A program made the translations under genes and the position numbers. From Eledone cirrhosa (Eukaryota), in the NCBI GenBank assembly GCA_964016885.1, contig OZ024741.1, positions 112,902,001 through 112,966,000 on the forward strand: a stretch of DNA of 64,000 bases, given 5' to 3'. The first letter of the stretch is position 1. Each line of letters begins with the position of its first letter. This document shows positions 1 to 13,085 of this stretch, piece after piece. The notes under the pieces are model-generated. The model was not told the DNA's origin and ran no database searches. It saw nothing but the letters and a program-made list of their open reading frames with translations.

Positions 1-625
1 CCACTATCACAATAGTACTATTCCTTAAGTTTATTACATCACTACTCTATCACAATAGTACTATACCTTAAGTTTATTACATCACCACTCTATCACAATA
101 GTACTATTCCTTAAGTTTATTACATCACCACTCTATCACAATAGTACTATACCTTAAGTTTATTACATCACCACTCTATCACAATAGTACTATTCCTTAA
201 GTTTATTACATCACCACTCTATCACAATAGTACTATACCTTAAGTTTATTACATCACCACTCTATCACAATAGTACTATTCCTTAAGTTTATTACATCAC
301 CACTCTATCACAATAGTACTATACCTTAAGTTTATTACATCACCACTCTATCACAATAGTACTATTCCTTAAGTTTATTACATCACCACTCTACCACAAT
401 AGTACTATACCTTAAGTTTATTACATCACCACTCTATCACAATAGTACTATACCTTAAGTTTATTACATCACCACTCTATCACAATAGTACTATACCTTA
501 AGTTTATTACATCACCACTCTATCACAATAGTACTATACCTTAAGTTTATTACATCACCACTCTATCACAATAGTACTATACCTTAAGTTTATTACATCA
601 CCACTCTATCACAATAGTACTATGC
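1..625. repeat. 43-bp minisatellite, ~14.5 copies, cut by the window start
   Basis: Unit ccactctatcacaatagtactat(t/a)ccttaagtttattacatca is repeated almost perfectly. Confidence 0.97.
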
Positions 626-3275
626 CTTAGCAACAACCTATATCTTATTCCTACCCACTAACTTCATCTCTAACACTAATTCAGTCTCTGTTTATAATCC
701 TTAGATAAGTTTTTTTTCATTTCCTTCTCTCTCATTTGGTTTGTTTCCAGAATGCCTAAGTACCTATACACATTGTCATCAATTTCCTTCATAACTTGTC
801 CGTCTGGTAATACAATTCCTTCCATCTTAATACAATTCCTTCCAATTCTGCCATGCTTCAGAAGCAACAACTCACACTTTTTTATGCTAAAATCCATTCC
901 TATGTCCATACTGAATGTATGAACTGTCTGTACAAGGGAATGAATATGTTCACAGGATTTTCCATCAAGTTTTAGGTCATCCATGATGACCTAAAGCAGG
1001 TGGTTTAACTTAAATTTTTATCCTCCCCACTCATAACCAGCGTTTGACCTTCTTAACACTAATGAACATCAAACCATACACACTACAAACAGCAAAGGTG
1101 AAGAACTGTCTCTCTGAAATATTCCCCTCTTGATTTTCACAACTCCCAATGTCTGTCTACATCAGGGGTTCACAACCGTTTTTTTCGCTGTGGACCACCA
1201 AAATAAGTAATTTTTTTCCTGTGGACCACCTAAACTTTTAAATCTTTTGTAATAGAACTGCTACTTATAAGCATCAGTAAATGTTTTTTTCAATGAATTA
1301 GAAAATGCTATTATCATGTCGCAGTGCCTAAAAATCTACACAAATAAACAGCTGAAGTCGTACTTATGCGAAGAATAAGAACAGCGCTTTAAGTCAAATG
1401 CATGGATCAAAAAAGAATTTGCTATTGCACAAAGCAACGCATAACTTATTCGTTATTAATTTGAATTTTTTCGATTTCATATCTCAGCAACAAATATGGA
1501 GCATTGATGTTGAGGATAAGTTTCTACTTCTAATTGGTAAGATCGATTTGATTGGTCAATACTATTTTCCCTTTGCAATGAAAGTTCCTTTTTTGTTCAC
1601 TTAAGGGACATGCTTTAAGCACCAAGACGACAGAGAACAAACAAATGAGAACACCAATAAGAAAACCAATTTGAAAATGTCTATTTTTTCAATAAAGCTT
1701 TATTTGATAGAAGCGAGTAGAAAAAGGTTACTGAGTCCTGGAAAATACTCCCTATCATTCAGATGAAATGGAAAGCTGTACAGTTTAAATATGATAATGT
1801 GTAGGGTAAGTTAAAAAAATGTGAAAATTTAAGTTAGGATCAGTACAAAAGATTGTTTAAACGTTTGAGGGAATACAACAAATTGAATTGAATTAAAAAA
1901 GTCAACGACAATACAATTACGCCATGTCATTAGACAACACGTCAAAAAACTGTCAATGAGACCCTTGTGCTTGTTTTTGATCCACAAGTTTAGAAATCCT
2001 CGGCTCTATGTGACTCAAGTGAAGTCTCAAAGTGCACTCTCAAGTGCACTCACAGGGTCGAGGTGTGATAAAGCATGTTTCGTTTGTGTGAATTTTTCAG
2101 GTGGTCCACAGAAAATTTTCTGTGGACCACCTGAATTTTCCTGTGGACCACTAGTGGCCCACATGGACCAGGTTGAGAACCACTGGTCTACATGATGTCA
2201 GCTCTGTCTTCCAACGATCCATCCTGCTAACCAGAAACTGTCTATTGTTAACTATAATACCAAATATTTCCAAACATTCTGCTATCCAACTATATGGCAT
2301 CATGTCATAAGCCTTGTGGTAATCGATCCAGGCCATACAAAGTTTATGTATCTCCTTTTACAATCTGTAAGGATTGCCTTATCAATTAACAATTGATCCT
2401 TAGTTTCCCCTGTATCTTCTCTTACATCCCTTCTGCTCTGCAGGTAGTGTCTCCTCCAGGTATTCATACATTGCCTCAGCAATGACACCTGTCATACACT
2501 TCCACATAAGAGGAGGGAAAGAGTTAAGTCTAAAGTTGTCAACTGCATTTCCATTGCTGGGGTCCTTCAAACACAAGATCTTCTCTCAAAGATTAGCCTT
2601 TCTGGCAACGTCTCTTCTCCATTCAAGAACTTATTTAGTTGCTCAGCAATTCTTATATGAAGGCCTCTCAGCTTTTTCAACCAGAACCCTTGCACACCGA
2701 ATCTGCCAGGAGCTTTCCAATTCAGTATCTTTCTACCACATCAGTTGTTATTTCCAATTCTCCCTGTTGATTATTGCCAATATCATGGTTGATGTTAGTC
2801 AGCCACTTCACACTTCTATTGTGCTCTTTTCCTACACTTCAGATATCACTCCAAAACTTCTTACTTTTATCCACATCAAGGATTACATCATCATTCCTAA
2901 CCATGCCATTTACCTCCTGGTAGAGTCTCTTCTGGTTTTGTTGGCAAAGTACAATTTGTTTATACTACATGATCCATTGTTCATACCTCTTAATCTTTGG
3001 CAACTACCTTTCATTTTAGCTCCTCAGTTACTGTGTTAATCTTCTTTCTCCTGATATTGTACATTCCTGTAAGTTGTTTAATCTTTTCCCTTTTTCTTAA
3101 TTCACTTTATTTTTCCCTATCCAGAATATAAACACCTTTCCTAAGCATTTTGATGTTCCCTTCAATTCTCCTTTACCACCATGGTTCCTTGATTTGCTTT
3201 TGTGTAATCTGTTTCAGCCCTAACTCTTTAGCAATGTAGATACTTACAGTACTGATGAGATTGTTGGTTTCTGTG
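626..3275 (-). mobile_element. Decayed Dong/R4-clade non-LTR retrotransposon (RT region), interrupted by a hAT MITE
   Basis: Minus-strand RT motifs [42 protein letters not shown] and YRYLGI lie on both sides of the 1163-2185 insertion; frameshifts and stops present. Confidence 0.9.
1163..2185. mobile_element. Non-autonomous hAT (Charlie-like) DNA transposon, 1023 bp
   Basis: TIRs CAGGGGTTCACAACC and GGTTGAGAACCACTG; perfect 8-bp TSD GTCTACAT at 1155-1162 and 2186-2193; subterminal gtggaccac repeats at both ends; no transposase ORF. Confidence 0.93.
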
Positions 3276-3304
3276 ATGATAATAATAATAATTATTATTA
3301 TAAT

Positions 3305-3900
3305 AGGATTGTTTTCTCAGATAAGGTGTTGAAAATCTGGATAGTGTGTGATAGGGAACTGCAATCAATGATCTTAGATATCACTGAATTTATCTCTATA
3401 AACTGTCAATATCTTTCCTGATGATTAATGCTATTCCCAAAATGCAATCTTTCTGGTGTAATGCTATAGGGCACTGAATTTCTATTTCTTTTATCCAATG
3501 ATCAAATTCATGGGTTAAAGATCCCAAGGCATCTATTGCTACTAGTATGACATTAACCTTTTTCAGTTTCCACAAACGTGCAATCTCATACTGTAATGGA
3601 TTGTATTTTTCTCCTTTTCTCTTCTTTTTCTTCAATCCTAAGTCAAATGGGCATGGTGAGTCTATTTCATATCTGCATTTCTGGTTTGTGTCCACCACAG
3701 TTATGTCTGGCTTATTGTGTTCTAATGCCTTGTCTGTCTGTATTGCAAAGATCCATAAGATTTACAGTCTTCTGATTCAATTACTGACTTATGGTTGTAC
3801 CACTTAACTTATCGTTGTACCTCCTCACTTTTCATAGTGCTTCCAATGTATAATCTTGGCTACTTCGTGTCTTCAGTGTTTTGTATTCATTTTGCACCAA
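3305..3900 (-). mobile_element. 3' fragment of a Dong/R4-like LINE (restriction-like endonuclease domain)
   Basis: KPDITVVD...PCPFD...EKYNPLQYEIARLWKLKKVNVILVAIDALG on the minus strand, followed by a TAA-type repeat at ~3278-3305. Confidence 0.85.
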
Positions 3901-4837
3901 ATTAGGGATCTTAGCAATATTGAGTGTCACTTTAGACTTCATTTTATAAACCAATCCCATGTATATTTGTCATTTTATCATCCCCAATGACTGGGCCCTT
4001 GGAGCCAGTAAAATAAATACTTTTCTTATTTATATCATTATCATTATTATTATTTTGTCAATATTATTTTTATAAACACTAGCAGAAATGATAATACCAA
4101 GTAAATGTTTTGTGTCTAGTTGTGATCCTTTTACAGTATAAAAATGTGAACACAGAACTTGCTAAAGCTGGTGTTATCTTTCATCACATAATTTCAAGAA
4201 ACTTAATTACTAACAACATACAACAGGGATAGCAAAGCGTTTCTGACCATCAGCCTATTAATGAAGTCCTTGACAACTTGTCAATTCTAGACATGTACAA
4301 AAATAAGTAAGTAAATAAATAAATCATTAAACAGGCTTACAATGCCCAATACATGCATAGATGTCACTATGGTGCCCCCTACTGCTCAATCAGGAGTTAC
4401 AGGGCTATGATAATTATAATTATAATTATTATATTATATTATAATTATTTCATAAATCAGTGTTGTTGTTAACATCATTATGCTGCTCAAGATATATGTG
4501 TCACTATGATGCCTCTATGACTCCATCAGGAGTTACAAATCCATGCATACATATATCTAATTGATAAGTCAGAGTTGTTGTTGTTAACATCATTATAATG
4601 AATGTTTTTGTTGTCATTAATATTTCTTTCTTCTTTTCTTTTCATAAATATTGGTTCCTTATTTGGCTCTCAACCATGTGTCTCAGGTATGTACTGTTAT
4701 GTATTCTACACTTTATATTTGCTGTTGTTTCCTGTGGATATCTTACTAGCTTATTGTTTGTGACGGAACATCAAGAGTTGCTTGTTAGTTGGTTAGTAGA
4801 ATTACATTAGGGATAACGCATATGTATATAGATAACT

Positions 4838-4909
4838 ATTTCATCTGATGAACGAGCTAAACGTTTCTGTAAAAATCGCCTAGTTTTCTGAAACCTTTGA
4901 TAATAGAAT
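4838..4909 (+). ncRNA. Decayed minimal hammerhead ribozyme-like motif
   Basis: atttcat-CTGATGA-(weak stem II)-GAAA-cctttga-TA-atagaat. Core boxes are intact but stems II and III are poorly paired. Confidence 0.35.
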
Positions 4910-4968
4910 GATTATATAGAGTTGTTTATTATGGAATTAAATAAAAAAAATATCAAAGATATATATAG

Positions 4969-5793
4969 CAGCAGAGGTGGGTGTTTGGAAAGTACAATAA
5001 ATAGGGTAAGAACAGGATGGAAGAAGTTCAGGGAGCTACTGCCACTGCTAACTGCAAAGGCTTTACCCTCAAAATGAAAGGCAGACAGTGTGATGAGTGT
5101 ATCCGAACAGCAATGTTACACGGTAATGAGACCTGGGCGCTGTCTGTAGAAGACTTGTGTAGATTAGAAAGAAAAGAAGCCTGCATGTTCCGATGGATGT
5201 GTAATAGTAATATACGTGAACTGCAAAGCATAAATGAATTGATAGAGAGACTGAACATAAGAGGAATCAAATGCTGTGTGCAGGAGAGGAGGTTGCATTG
5301 GTATGGACATGTGATGCGTATGAAGGATGACAACTGCATAAAAAAGTGCAGAGCACTAGAAGTCGATTGAAGCCGCGGAGTGGGGAGACCCAAGAAAACC
5401 TGGGATGAGGTGATAAAAGCCGACCTTACCCAATTACACCTCTCAAAGGTGATGACACAGGACTGTGACCTCTGGCGTCACACAGTAGTACAGAGACCCG
5501 ACCCGCCCATGGGTACAAGCCAAAGCTGAAGCATATAGACAACATGCCACACCCCCTCCCACTGCAAATTGGTCGTGAAGGTGCCATGATAAAAAAGCAC
5601 CCAGCCCACACTGTAAAGTGGATATGTAGGCGCCACTGTAAATGAGGAAGCTGTAGAAATCAAGCCAGAATCAGTTCCCGTATGAGCAAGACATGGTCAG
5701 CCAACCGGCTACTGCCCACAACAGGACAACCCATCTAACCCATGCTAGCGTAGAAGAACGGACATAAAATGGTGATGATGATGATGATGATGA

Positions 5794-5797
<4 letters not shown>
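4969..5797 (+). mobile_element. 5'-truncated RTE-clade LINE (ORF C-terminus, 3'UTR, (GAT)n tail)
   Basis: AMLHGNETWA...ERRLHWYGHVMRM...GRPKKTW motifs; (GAT)n tail followed by (TA)n. Confidence 0.92.
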
Positions 5798-5837
<40 letters not shown>

Positions 5838-6593
5838 GTTAATATTGCCTAGACAAAATGTATCCAAGACTATGCGTGTGTGTGTATATATATATAAATT
5901 CCAGCAGTGAGTGGGACCGGGAGCACTAGCTTGATAATGACCAGAGTCAGAAATGATGACGCCATCATTGCTAGTAACCCATCCTTAGATTCTGTTGGGT
6001 AAGTTTTCATAGACCAAGTGAGTACTGAAGTGGGGCTACTGACCTCCTAAATAAGCTGGGCGTCTATATTTTGTTTACGTACAGTCTCATGTTCTACTTA
6101 GGGCACCAGTACAACTAAAGTGTCCTCCCAACCCTTTGATTGGCAAGCTTTCTATAGCTGGATGTTCTTCCTATCACTAATTTATTTACAGCATGTACTG
6201 GGTGCCTTTTCCTGGCCCCAGCACTTGAAAGGTTGTTTCTTATCCCAATGGGAAGACCCTCTCAGCTTCGTGGGGGTTGGATGAGAACAATAGAAGGTAG
6301 ATAAATATGAAGTTATGGCTAGTGTGGTGTGATTTGACAGGGTGATGAGTGGCGAAGGGTTGAAGTTTGATCGGATAAAGGAGGAAGGGATGTGGTGGTG
6401 AGAACACCTAAGCAAAGATAGTTGGTAGGGGCGCGGATAGATGGTACTAGCCAGTGTTGGGAAGCATAGGTGTGGTGAGGGAGAGAATAGTGAAAGAGGG
6501 ATAATAGATGGGGTATGGGTTGGGTCATATATTACTCACTACCATGACTGAATCTTAACCATCTACTATGTCAGAGTATGTCATGCATCATCT

Positions 6594-6660
6594 TATTTTA
6601 TCTGATGAGGACGTACTGTTGAAGTTAACTCAGTACCTCTAAAATATGTATAATAAAATA
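6594..6660 (+). ncRNA. Decayed minimal hammerhead ribozyme (GAAA box mutated to AAAA)
   Basis: tattttat-CTGATGA-ggacgtactg...cagtacctct-AAAA-tatgta-TA-ataaaata: perfect 8-bp stem I, 9/10-bp stem II, short stem III. Confidence 0.6.
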
Positions 6661-6700
6661 TACTTGATCACAAGAATATCTATTTTGTTAATATTTTGAA

Positions 6701-6738
<38 letters not shown>

Positions 6739-6739
6739 T

Positions 6740-7050
6740 GTCACTGAACCTGAAAGGAAAGATGTATGTTGCATGTAAGATAACTGCCATGGTGTATGGA
6801 GTGAGGCATGGGTTATGATGCAGGAGTTGCAGAGAAGGTTGGAAAGAACAGAAATGAGAATGGCCTGGTGGATGGGTGAAATATTACTGGGAGAGAGAAA
6901 AATAAATAAGGAATTACAGATGATGAGAATGTAACTAGTGATGAATTTTGTGAAGTGAAATGGTATGTGTTGAGGAAGGTTGAACATGCCAGTGAAAAGA
7001 GAGATAGAAATGGAAGGAAATCGAGCATGGGCAAGGCTAACCCTTGATTT
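6740..7050 (+). mobile_element. Old RTE LINE remnant
   Basis: Degenerate AMVYG-EAW...RRLERTEMRM..WM motif next to (TA)n. Confidence 0.6.
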
Positions 7051-8461
7051 ACCAGTAACAATAGACGTAAAATGTTTCTTGTGTGTTGTATCACATTTTC
7101 CTGTTGCATTAAATGTTGGAACTTAAGAAATTTACAAATTGCTGTTGCTAGAATTGTTTATTGTGCCTTTATGTATAGTAAATGTTTCTCTTTAAATATT
7201 ATACGAAATAATCATGAAGCACTAGCTTCATCCTCATTATCACCATTTAATATCAATTTTCTATGCTTTCTTAGATTAGATGAGATATCATGTTATGCAG
7301 GGAGACATGTCACATGACCATGCCTTTCTCTCTTTTTGGCTTGATTTTCTATAACTGGATATTCTTTCTAATGCCAAACACCTTACAGTGTGTACAGGAA
7401 GCTTTTTTGAGGTGCCACCATTACCATCTTACATTTTAGACTGGGTGCTTTTTTGTCATTGCTCTAGGAACACCATCTCACTGGGTGGACTGAGTTCGTT
7501 TTTGACATGGTACCAGTATCACCACCTTATATAGTGGATTGGATGTTTTTCATCATGGCATTGTTGTTTTATTTTTTTAGTGGTTTCAGTCATTAGACTG
7601 CACCATGATGGATGATCACTGTGAAGGAATTTTATCAATCAAATAGACCCAAGTACTTATTTTATCAATCCCCTCTTGGGATCGATATATAAGCAAACAT
7701 AAAAACAAATTCACACACACAATGCGCTTTTGCAGATTCCATCTTAGAAATGCAACTTATTAGACATTGAGCAGCCAGAGGCTATAGTAGTAGACACTTG
7801 CCCAAGGTGCTATGTAATGAGAATTATCTCTAAATGACGTAATTGTAAAACAAACTCACACAGTCAAGCCTGTGCCAATAGGTAGTAATCTTTTTGGCCA
7901 GCCTGAATCCTTTTGAGATATGTTTTCTATTGGGTTTAGTGATTTAAAACATTTTTGAGTAGTGAACACTAGCAAATAACAATGTTCTTTGCTATTTCAC
8001 TCAGTGTTTCATGTTTCATTGTAAAAAATCTAACTTTGATTTAAAGCAGCTAATTACTATGGTCTGATATGAGATTACTAAGGTAATGTTATATTTGATG
8101 TGTCTCCCTTATAATCATTACTTAATAGGAAAAACAAACCATCTAATTTAATATTATGCAAAATATTAACAAATTGAAATCAAAACACTTTTTCTCTGAA
8201 AATATTGTCAGTACCTGAATCTAATTTTTACAACTAACTATTGTAACCATTAATATTGGAAAGAAGTGCATTGCTATGCTTCTATATACAGGCATTCTTC
8301 AAGTTACAATCTATGCAACTTACAACATGTATTTATGGCCATTTATATCTCCTAATGCACATACATGCATATTTTCTCTTGCCATTCACCATGCAACAAT
8401 ATTTTGCTTTACTCCTTTCTCTCAGTTTGTAACTTGTATAATTTATAATGAAAATCATTAA

Positions 8462-8670
8462 CCCCTTTGAAACCAACCTGGCCATAACCGGCACAGCTAT
8501 CTATTTTAAAGGGTTCTCATCTAAATTAAAATCTTATATAAATATTTATAAAAATTTATATAAACACAATATGTTAGTAATAAAACAATAATTATAGTAA
8601 ATCCCACCAAAATTGGTCATTAACTAATTGAAATACAGTGTATTTCATTAAAAGTTTGGTAACAAAAGTG
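8462..8670. mobile_element. TTAA-flanked (piggyBac-like) MITE; related copies near 9780-10300, 23.2 kb, 34.2-34.4 kb and 39429-39780
   Basis: ttaa-ccc(c)tttg...ttggtaacaaaagtg-ttaa termini; the internal sequence recurs across the window. Confidence 0.6.
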
Positions 8671-10437
8671 TTAAAGTAATTAAAAAACAAGCTGTTTCAT
8701 ATGCTTATATGATCATGATTTCATTTTACATTCATCTTGAACTGCAAGGCATAAAAACATTTCCAATCTCAAAAAATAATTTGCTGATCCCTGACATAAA
8801 AAATAATGATGTGCTATCATATATTGTTTATAATATATTGTTGATGGTGTGTAGTCAAATGGTTAAGGAGCTTGTTTCACAATTATTAGGTCCACAATTA
8901 GCATATTGTGTAAGTGTTATTTACCATAGCCTTGAGTTGACTAAGGCCTTCTGAATGGAATTAAGTAGATTGAAGCTATTTGGAAGCCTGTTGAATGAAC
9001 TGTATCTGTTATGCAGAGTGCCAGCCTTGTCACACCCTGTGTCAGGCTGAATCTTGCTGAGAATTAAATTATAGGTGCATGTGTTTTGGGAATGTTCAGC
9101 TGTATATACGTTAATTTCATGAGTAAGCTGTTTCATTGATTGAACCACTGGAATACTCCTCTTCAAAACTGATGGAGATCTCTTCCACCATAAATTGCTT
9201 TATTATCATTTGTATTTGTATTGTAATATAAAATGAAATAAAATATTGAAATATATTATTAAATATGTGTAATGATACATAAAACAAATATATGATGTAT
9301 TTGTTAAATTGCACAATGTACATTAGTAATACATATGAAATAGTGCATCCACCAAGTCAAATGTATAAATTTTCATGTTATATTCATATCAAATTACAAC
9401 CTGTTTGTTGGATCACAATGCAGATTTATGTCAGGGAATACCTGCATGTTTAGAGCTGCAGACCACTCTGATGAGCTAGTGGCCACATCTTGTTTTCATA
9501 TGTTCTCACCCTCTACAGAGAGCATTGACTTTTATTGTGGCACAAGCACTAGAAAAGCATTTTCTCGACTCTTTGTTTGGCTCGATGCCCCCTTTTCACC
9601 AACCACTTTTCAAAGTGTACTGAATGGGTTTATTCATGCCACCAACACTAGGGTATGTGTTATGCCCATGAAAATCCTCTTATCCCTATTACATGTTGTT
9701 ATCTGTTCGACTGTTTTTTTCATGTAAGTTGTAAGTTTCCAAAGGTATTTCAGCCTGAATAAAGCTGGGTTGCATATTTAACACTTTTGACTCCAAAGCA
9801 CATGAAACCAGCAATAGTTTTATCATACAAAATTATTTCTTTCAAAGTGCTTATATTTATTTTAAAACTTTCTATCCTAATTTTATCTAAGAATCTTTAA
9901 GTGTGGCTCCAGAATCCAGCTTAATAATGAAAAAGTTATTTATATTACTAAATCTCTCCAAATCTTTCCTCATTTTCAAAATGAGTTAAACATACAATTT
10001 TCTAAGAACAATCTACAGTATTTTGAAAAAGTGAAACAAAGATTTTGTGTTGCAAAGTGATTATTTTTTAACCCTTTTAACTCTTTTAATGAAAGATATT
10101 GCTTATGAGTTTCAAATCTTTTTGAAACTATTCAAGAATTTAGAGGGATTTAGTAATATAACTAACTATTAAGCTTATGTTTGGAACAAAATTTAACAAA
10201 TGTTCTTGCATAAAAGTTTGATTGATGGATTTTTAAAAGAAACAGTTCAGGTTTTATAGAAACAGGAGCAGATTTAGACAATTTGTTGTTATACATGTTA
10301 AACAAATGTGGAATTGTCAAGGTTTAGTACTTTCTGACACACCAAAATGAACATTCAGGCAAACTTCTCAGTCAATCAATTTAATTAATCAAAACAATGT
10401 AAAAACATTGACCACAAACTGGCATTTATTTCTTTAG

Positions 10438-10503
10438 TGATTGGTTATGTTAGATTAGCAGAGCAATGATTGGGTGGGGGTACATTCTAGAACATTCTAG
10501 ATA
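10438..10503. promoter_or_regulatory. Candidate heat-shock element with adjacent CCAAT and GT boxes
   Basis: aTTCtaGAAcaTTCtaGAt at 10484-10502; ATTGG at 10440 and 10469; GGGTGGGGG between them and the HSE. Motif match only. Confidence 0.3.
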
Positions 10504-11149
10504 CTCTTTATTGATTTAAGAGATTTCTACAGATTATTGATATTTTTATAAAAGAAAAATTTTTATACGTAAACATTTGCTCTACTGAATATATTCTAAA
10601 CATTCCTAATTAATTTCTTATTTTAATTTAGATAATTTAATATGGATAAATAAATATATGAAAAGTGTATTGTTTGCTTTTTTGAAATTTTTTTTTCCCT
10701 AAAGATTTTGTGTTATTTTCCAATATTTTTACTGATTAAATTATGAAATGAAATGAAATGAAATTATTCATTTAAATCTGCCTCTAGTTTTATGTTCAAT
10801 CAGAAAATATTTTGCAAACATCGCAAACATTGCAACAGATTATATTTTTAAAATTCATTAGATATATTAAAAATGTCTTTGTTTCAAAATGTTCTCCACT
10901 TATATATATATATGTGTGTGTGTTAGTGTGTTTGGAACAAAAGCGTTGTCTGATTTTTGAGCTGAAAATATGGAACAAAATCTATTATAGTTGTAACTCT
11001 ATCTGGTGTTCAGCCATGCCACCTTAAGTGATATTTCGCTTTCCATTTGAATATAAGAATGTTATTTACAAAAATACGTTCAAGTTCTTGGAACCACAAA
11101 CAGATGGCACATCTTTCAGTGTTGTAACCAGGTCATCATGCATATCTGT

Positions 11150-11547
11150 GACAATGAAATACCACCTCTCGTATGAGAGCACACGAAAACTGTAGTACAA
11201 GAGAAGCAGCTACAATTCACCAGTCATCCATGTAGCTACATTCTACATTGGAGTGGTATAGGTCTCTGGGAGATGAGGTGCTGGTCTTGCAAAATTTGTG
11301 TATAGCTTCATCATATTGGGAGCCGAATGTGCATATATATATATATGTAGAGTGGACGTGTAGGTGCCACTGTAAAGTGAATGTGTAGGTGCCACGGCAA
11401 AAAAGCACCCAGCACTCACTGTAAATGAGGTTGGTGTTAGGAAGGGCATCCAGCTGTAGAAATCAAGCCAGAATCAGTTCCCGTCCCACCCTTGCAAGCA
11501 GGGAAAAAAGCGGACATAAAATGAAATGATGATGAAATGAATGATGA
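11150..11547 (+). mobile_element. RTE 3' end remnant with GAT-type tail
   Basis: 3'UTR segment aggaagggcatccagctgtagaaatcaagccagaatcagttcccgt is shared in part with the 5640-5770 region. Confidence 0.75.
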
Positions 11548-11789
11548 TATAGGTATGTGTGTGTATGTGTGTATTTTAAATGTGTGTGCGTCCTGATGCA
11601 AATTCCATAATAATAGTCAATCATGAAAGGCAGAGTTGAATTTAATGAGATTTGAACTAAGAGAGCAGAAACCATGAAGAATTATATCGAAAGTTCTGAC
11701 TCTGCAAGTTCACTACCTATCAGTGGAATACTAAGATTTATGTTATCTAAACATATGTTTTAGCTGGGTATCTAGGATAGAGGAACATG

Positions 11790-12335
11790 AAGTTGATATT
11801 ATCCTTTTTTTTTTGAGAAAAACTGTGATTAAGTTCAAAGGGTCTCTGGATGAAAAAACAACACCAAACATCCTTTTTGACATTAGCATGAGGCTCAGTG
11901 ACTCAGCACAGGTGAGAGACCTTATTGGCTTATACAACTGAGTAAATTCCCCCCTTTTGAAAGAGTTCTGTAAAGAGATTGTGGATTATTAACAGTAACT
12001 AATACTAATCCTAAAACCATAAAATGCATTTGAAAAGACATATATATTTGTTTGAGACCTAAATGATGCTCTATTAGAAAACAAAATGAAATCTTACACA
12101 ATGTTAACAAATTATCAAATCCCTCTAGGTCTATAATCAATATTCTAGCTAAAAATGTAGTACTTAGAATTTCTAACATTTCAGCCTATGAGTAAATATT
12201 CAACAACCCTGCACCATTTTACAAAGAAGCCCTCAAAATTAGTGGGTTTAATGATAAAACACTACTCAAAATATCACTATAATTGCTAAAAAGAATAGAA
12301 CCCACCACATTGCATGGTATAATCCCCACTCAGGA
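11790..12335 (+). mobile_element. Penelope-like element RT remnant
   Basis: Translations FDISMRLSDSAQVRDLIGLY, L*RDCGL (cf. LYRDDGL), IFNNPAPFYKEALKISGF and HIAWYNP match Penelope RT/linker motifs; stops and deletions present. Confidence 0.8.
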
Positions 12336-12589
12336 CCCCAATAACTAAGTTGTTTTTTCATCCTTCTCCTCATCAATATCCTTATCACCATTCTTTAATA
12401 TTCGTTTTCCTTGCTAGCAAGTGTTGGATGGGTCATCAGCAGTCAAGGTTACTATTGAAGCATTTCTGTACCCTAACAATTCCCCAGACAACTCATTAAT
12501 CTACAAGTCACTTACAAACGATCTTATGCTCTTTCAAGTACATTTTAATATGACTCCGAGGCTGGAGAGGTTATCATGATTTTGACACA

Positions 12590-13085
12590 GATGTAGAGTT
12601 CTCCCAACCCTTTGTTTGGCATGTTTCCTATAGCTGGATGCCCTTCATATAATCAACCAACTTACTGAGTGTACTGGGTTCATTTATCATGTTAATACGA
12701 AGAGGTTAGCTGAAGAGCCCTCGTGTTTGGATGCATTTCCTATCATTGAACTATTTACAGAATGTGCTGAGTGCATTTATTGTTTAGATCTCCAGCACTA
12801 GGGAGGTTGTTATGTCTTTGAGACAGTGGAAGAGTTCTCCTGACCCTTTGTTTGACAGACTTTCTATAGCTGGATGCACTTTAATCATCAACAAATTTAC
12901 AACATGTACTGGGTGAATTTATTACGTAAATCACTAAAACAAAGGATATTAGCTGATGAGTCCTCCTACCCCTTTAAAAGTTTTGTATGGCTAGATGTCC
13001 TTCCTATCAACGACCACTTTGCTATGTGTGCTGGGGGTGATTATTTTGTAAATCCCAAGCTCTAAGGAGATTGTTGTGTTTTCCC
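12590..13085 (-). repeat. Four diverged tandem copies of an RTE 3'UTR module (~115-130 bp)
   Basis: Repeated ...tttggc...ctatagctggatgcccttc...tttac...gtgtactgggt...gaggtt... block. Confidence 0.6.

Noticed and set aside
1-625. CRISPR-like regular repeat
   Set aside because: No unique spacers; head-to-tail minisatellite in eukaryotic DNA.
2482-3039. 185-aa plus-strand ORF
   Set aside because: Antisense shadow of the Dong/R4 element; the same applies to 30030-30536 and 5028-5393 over RTE copies.
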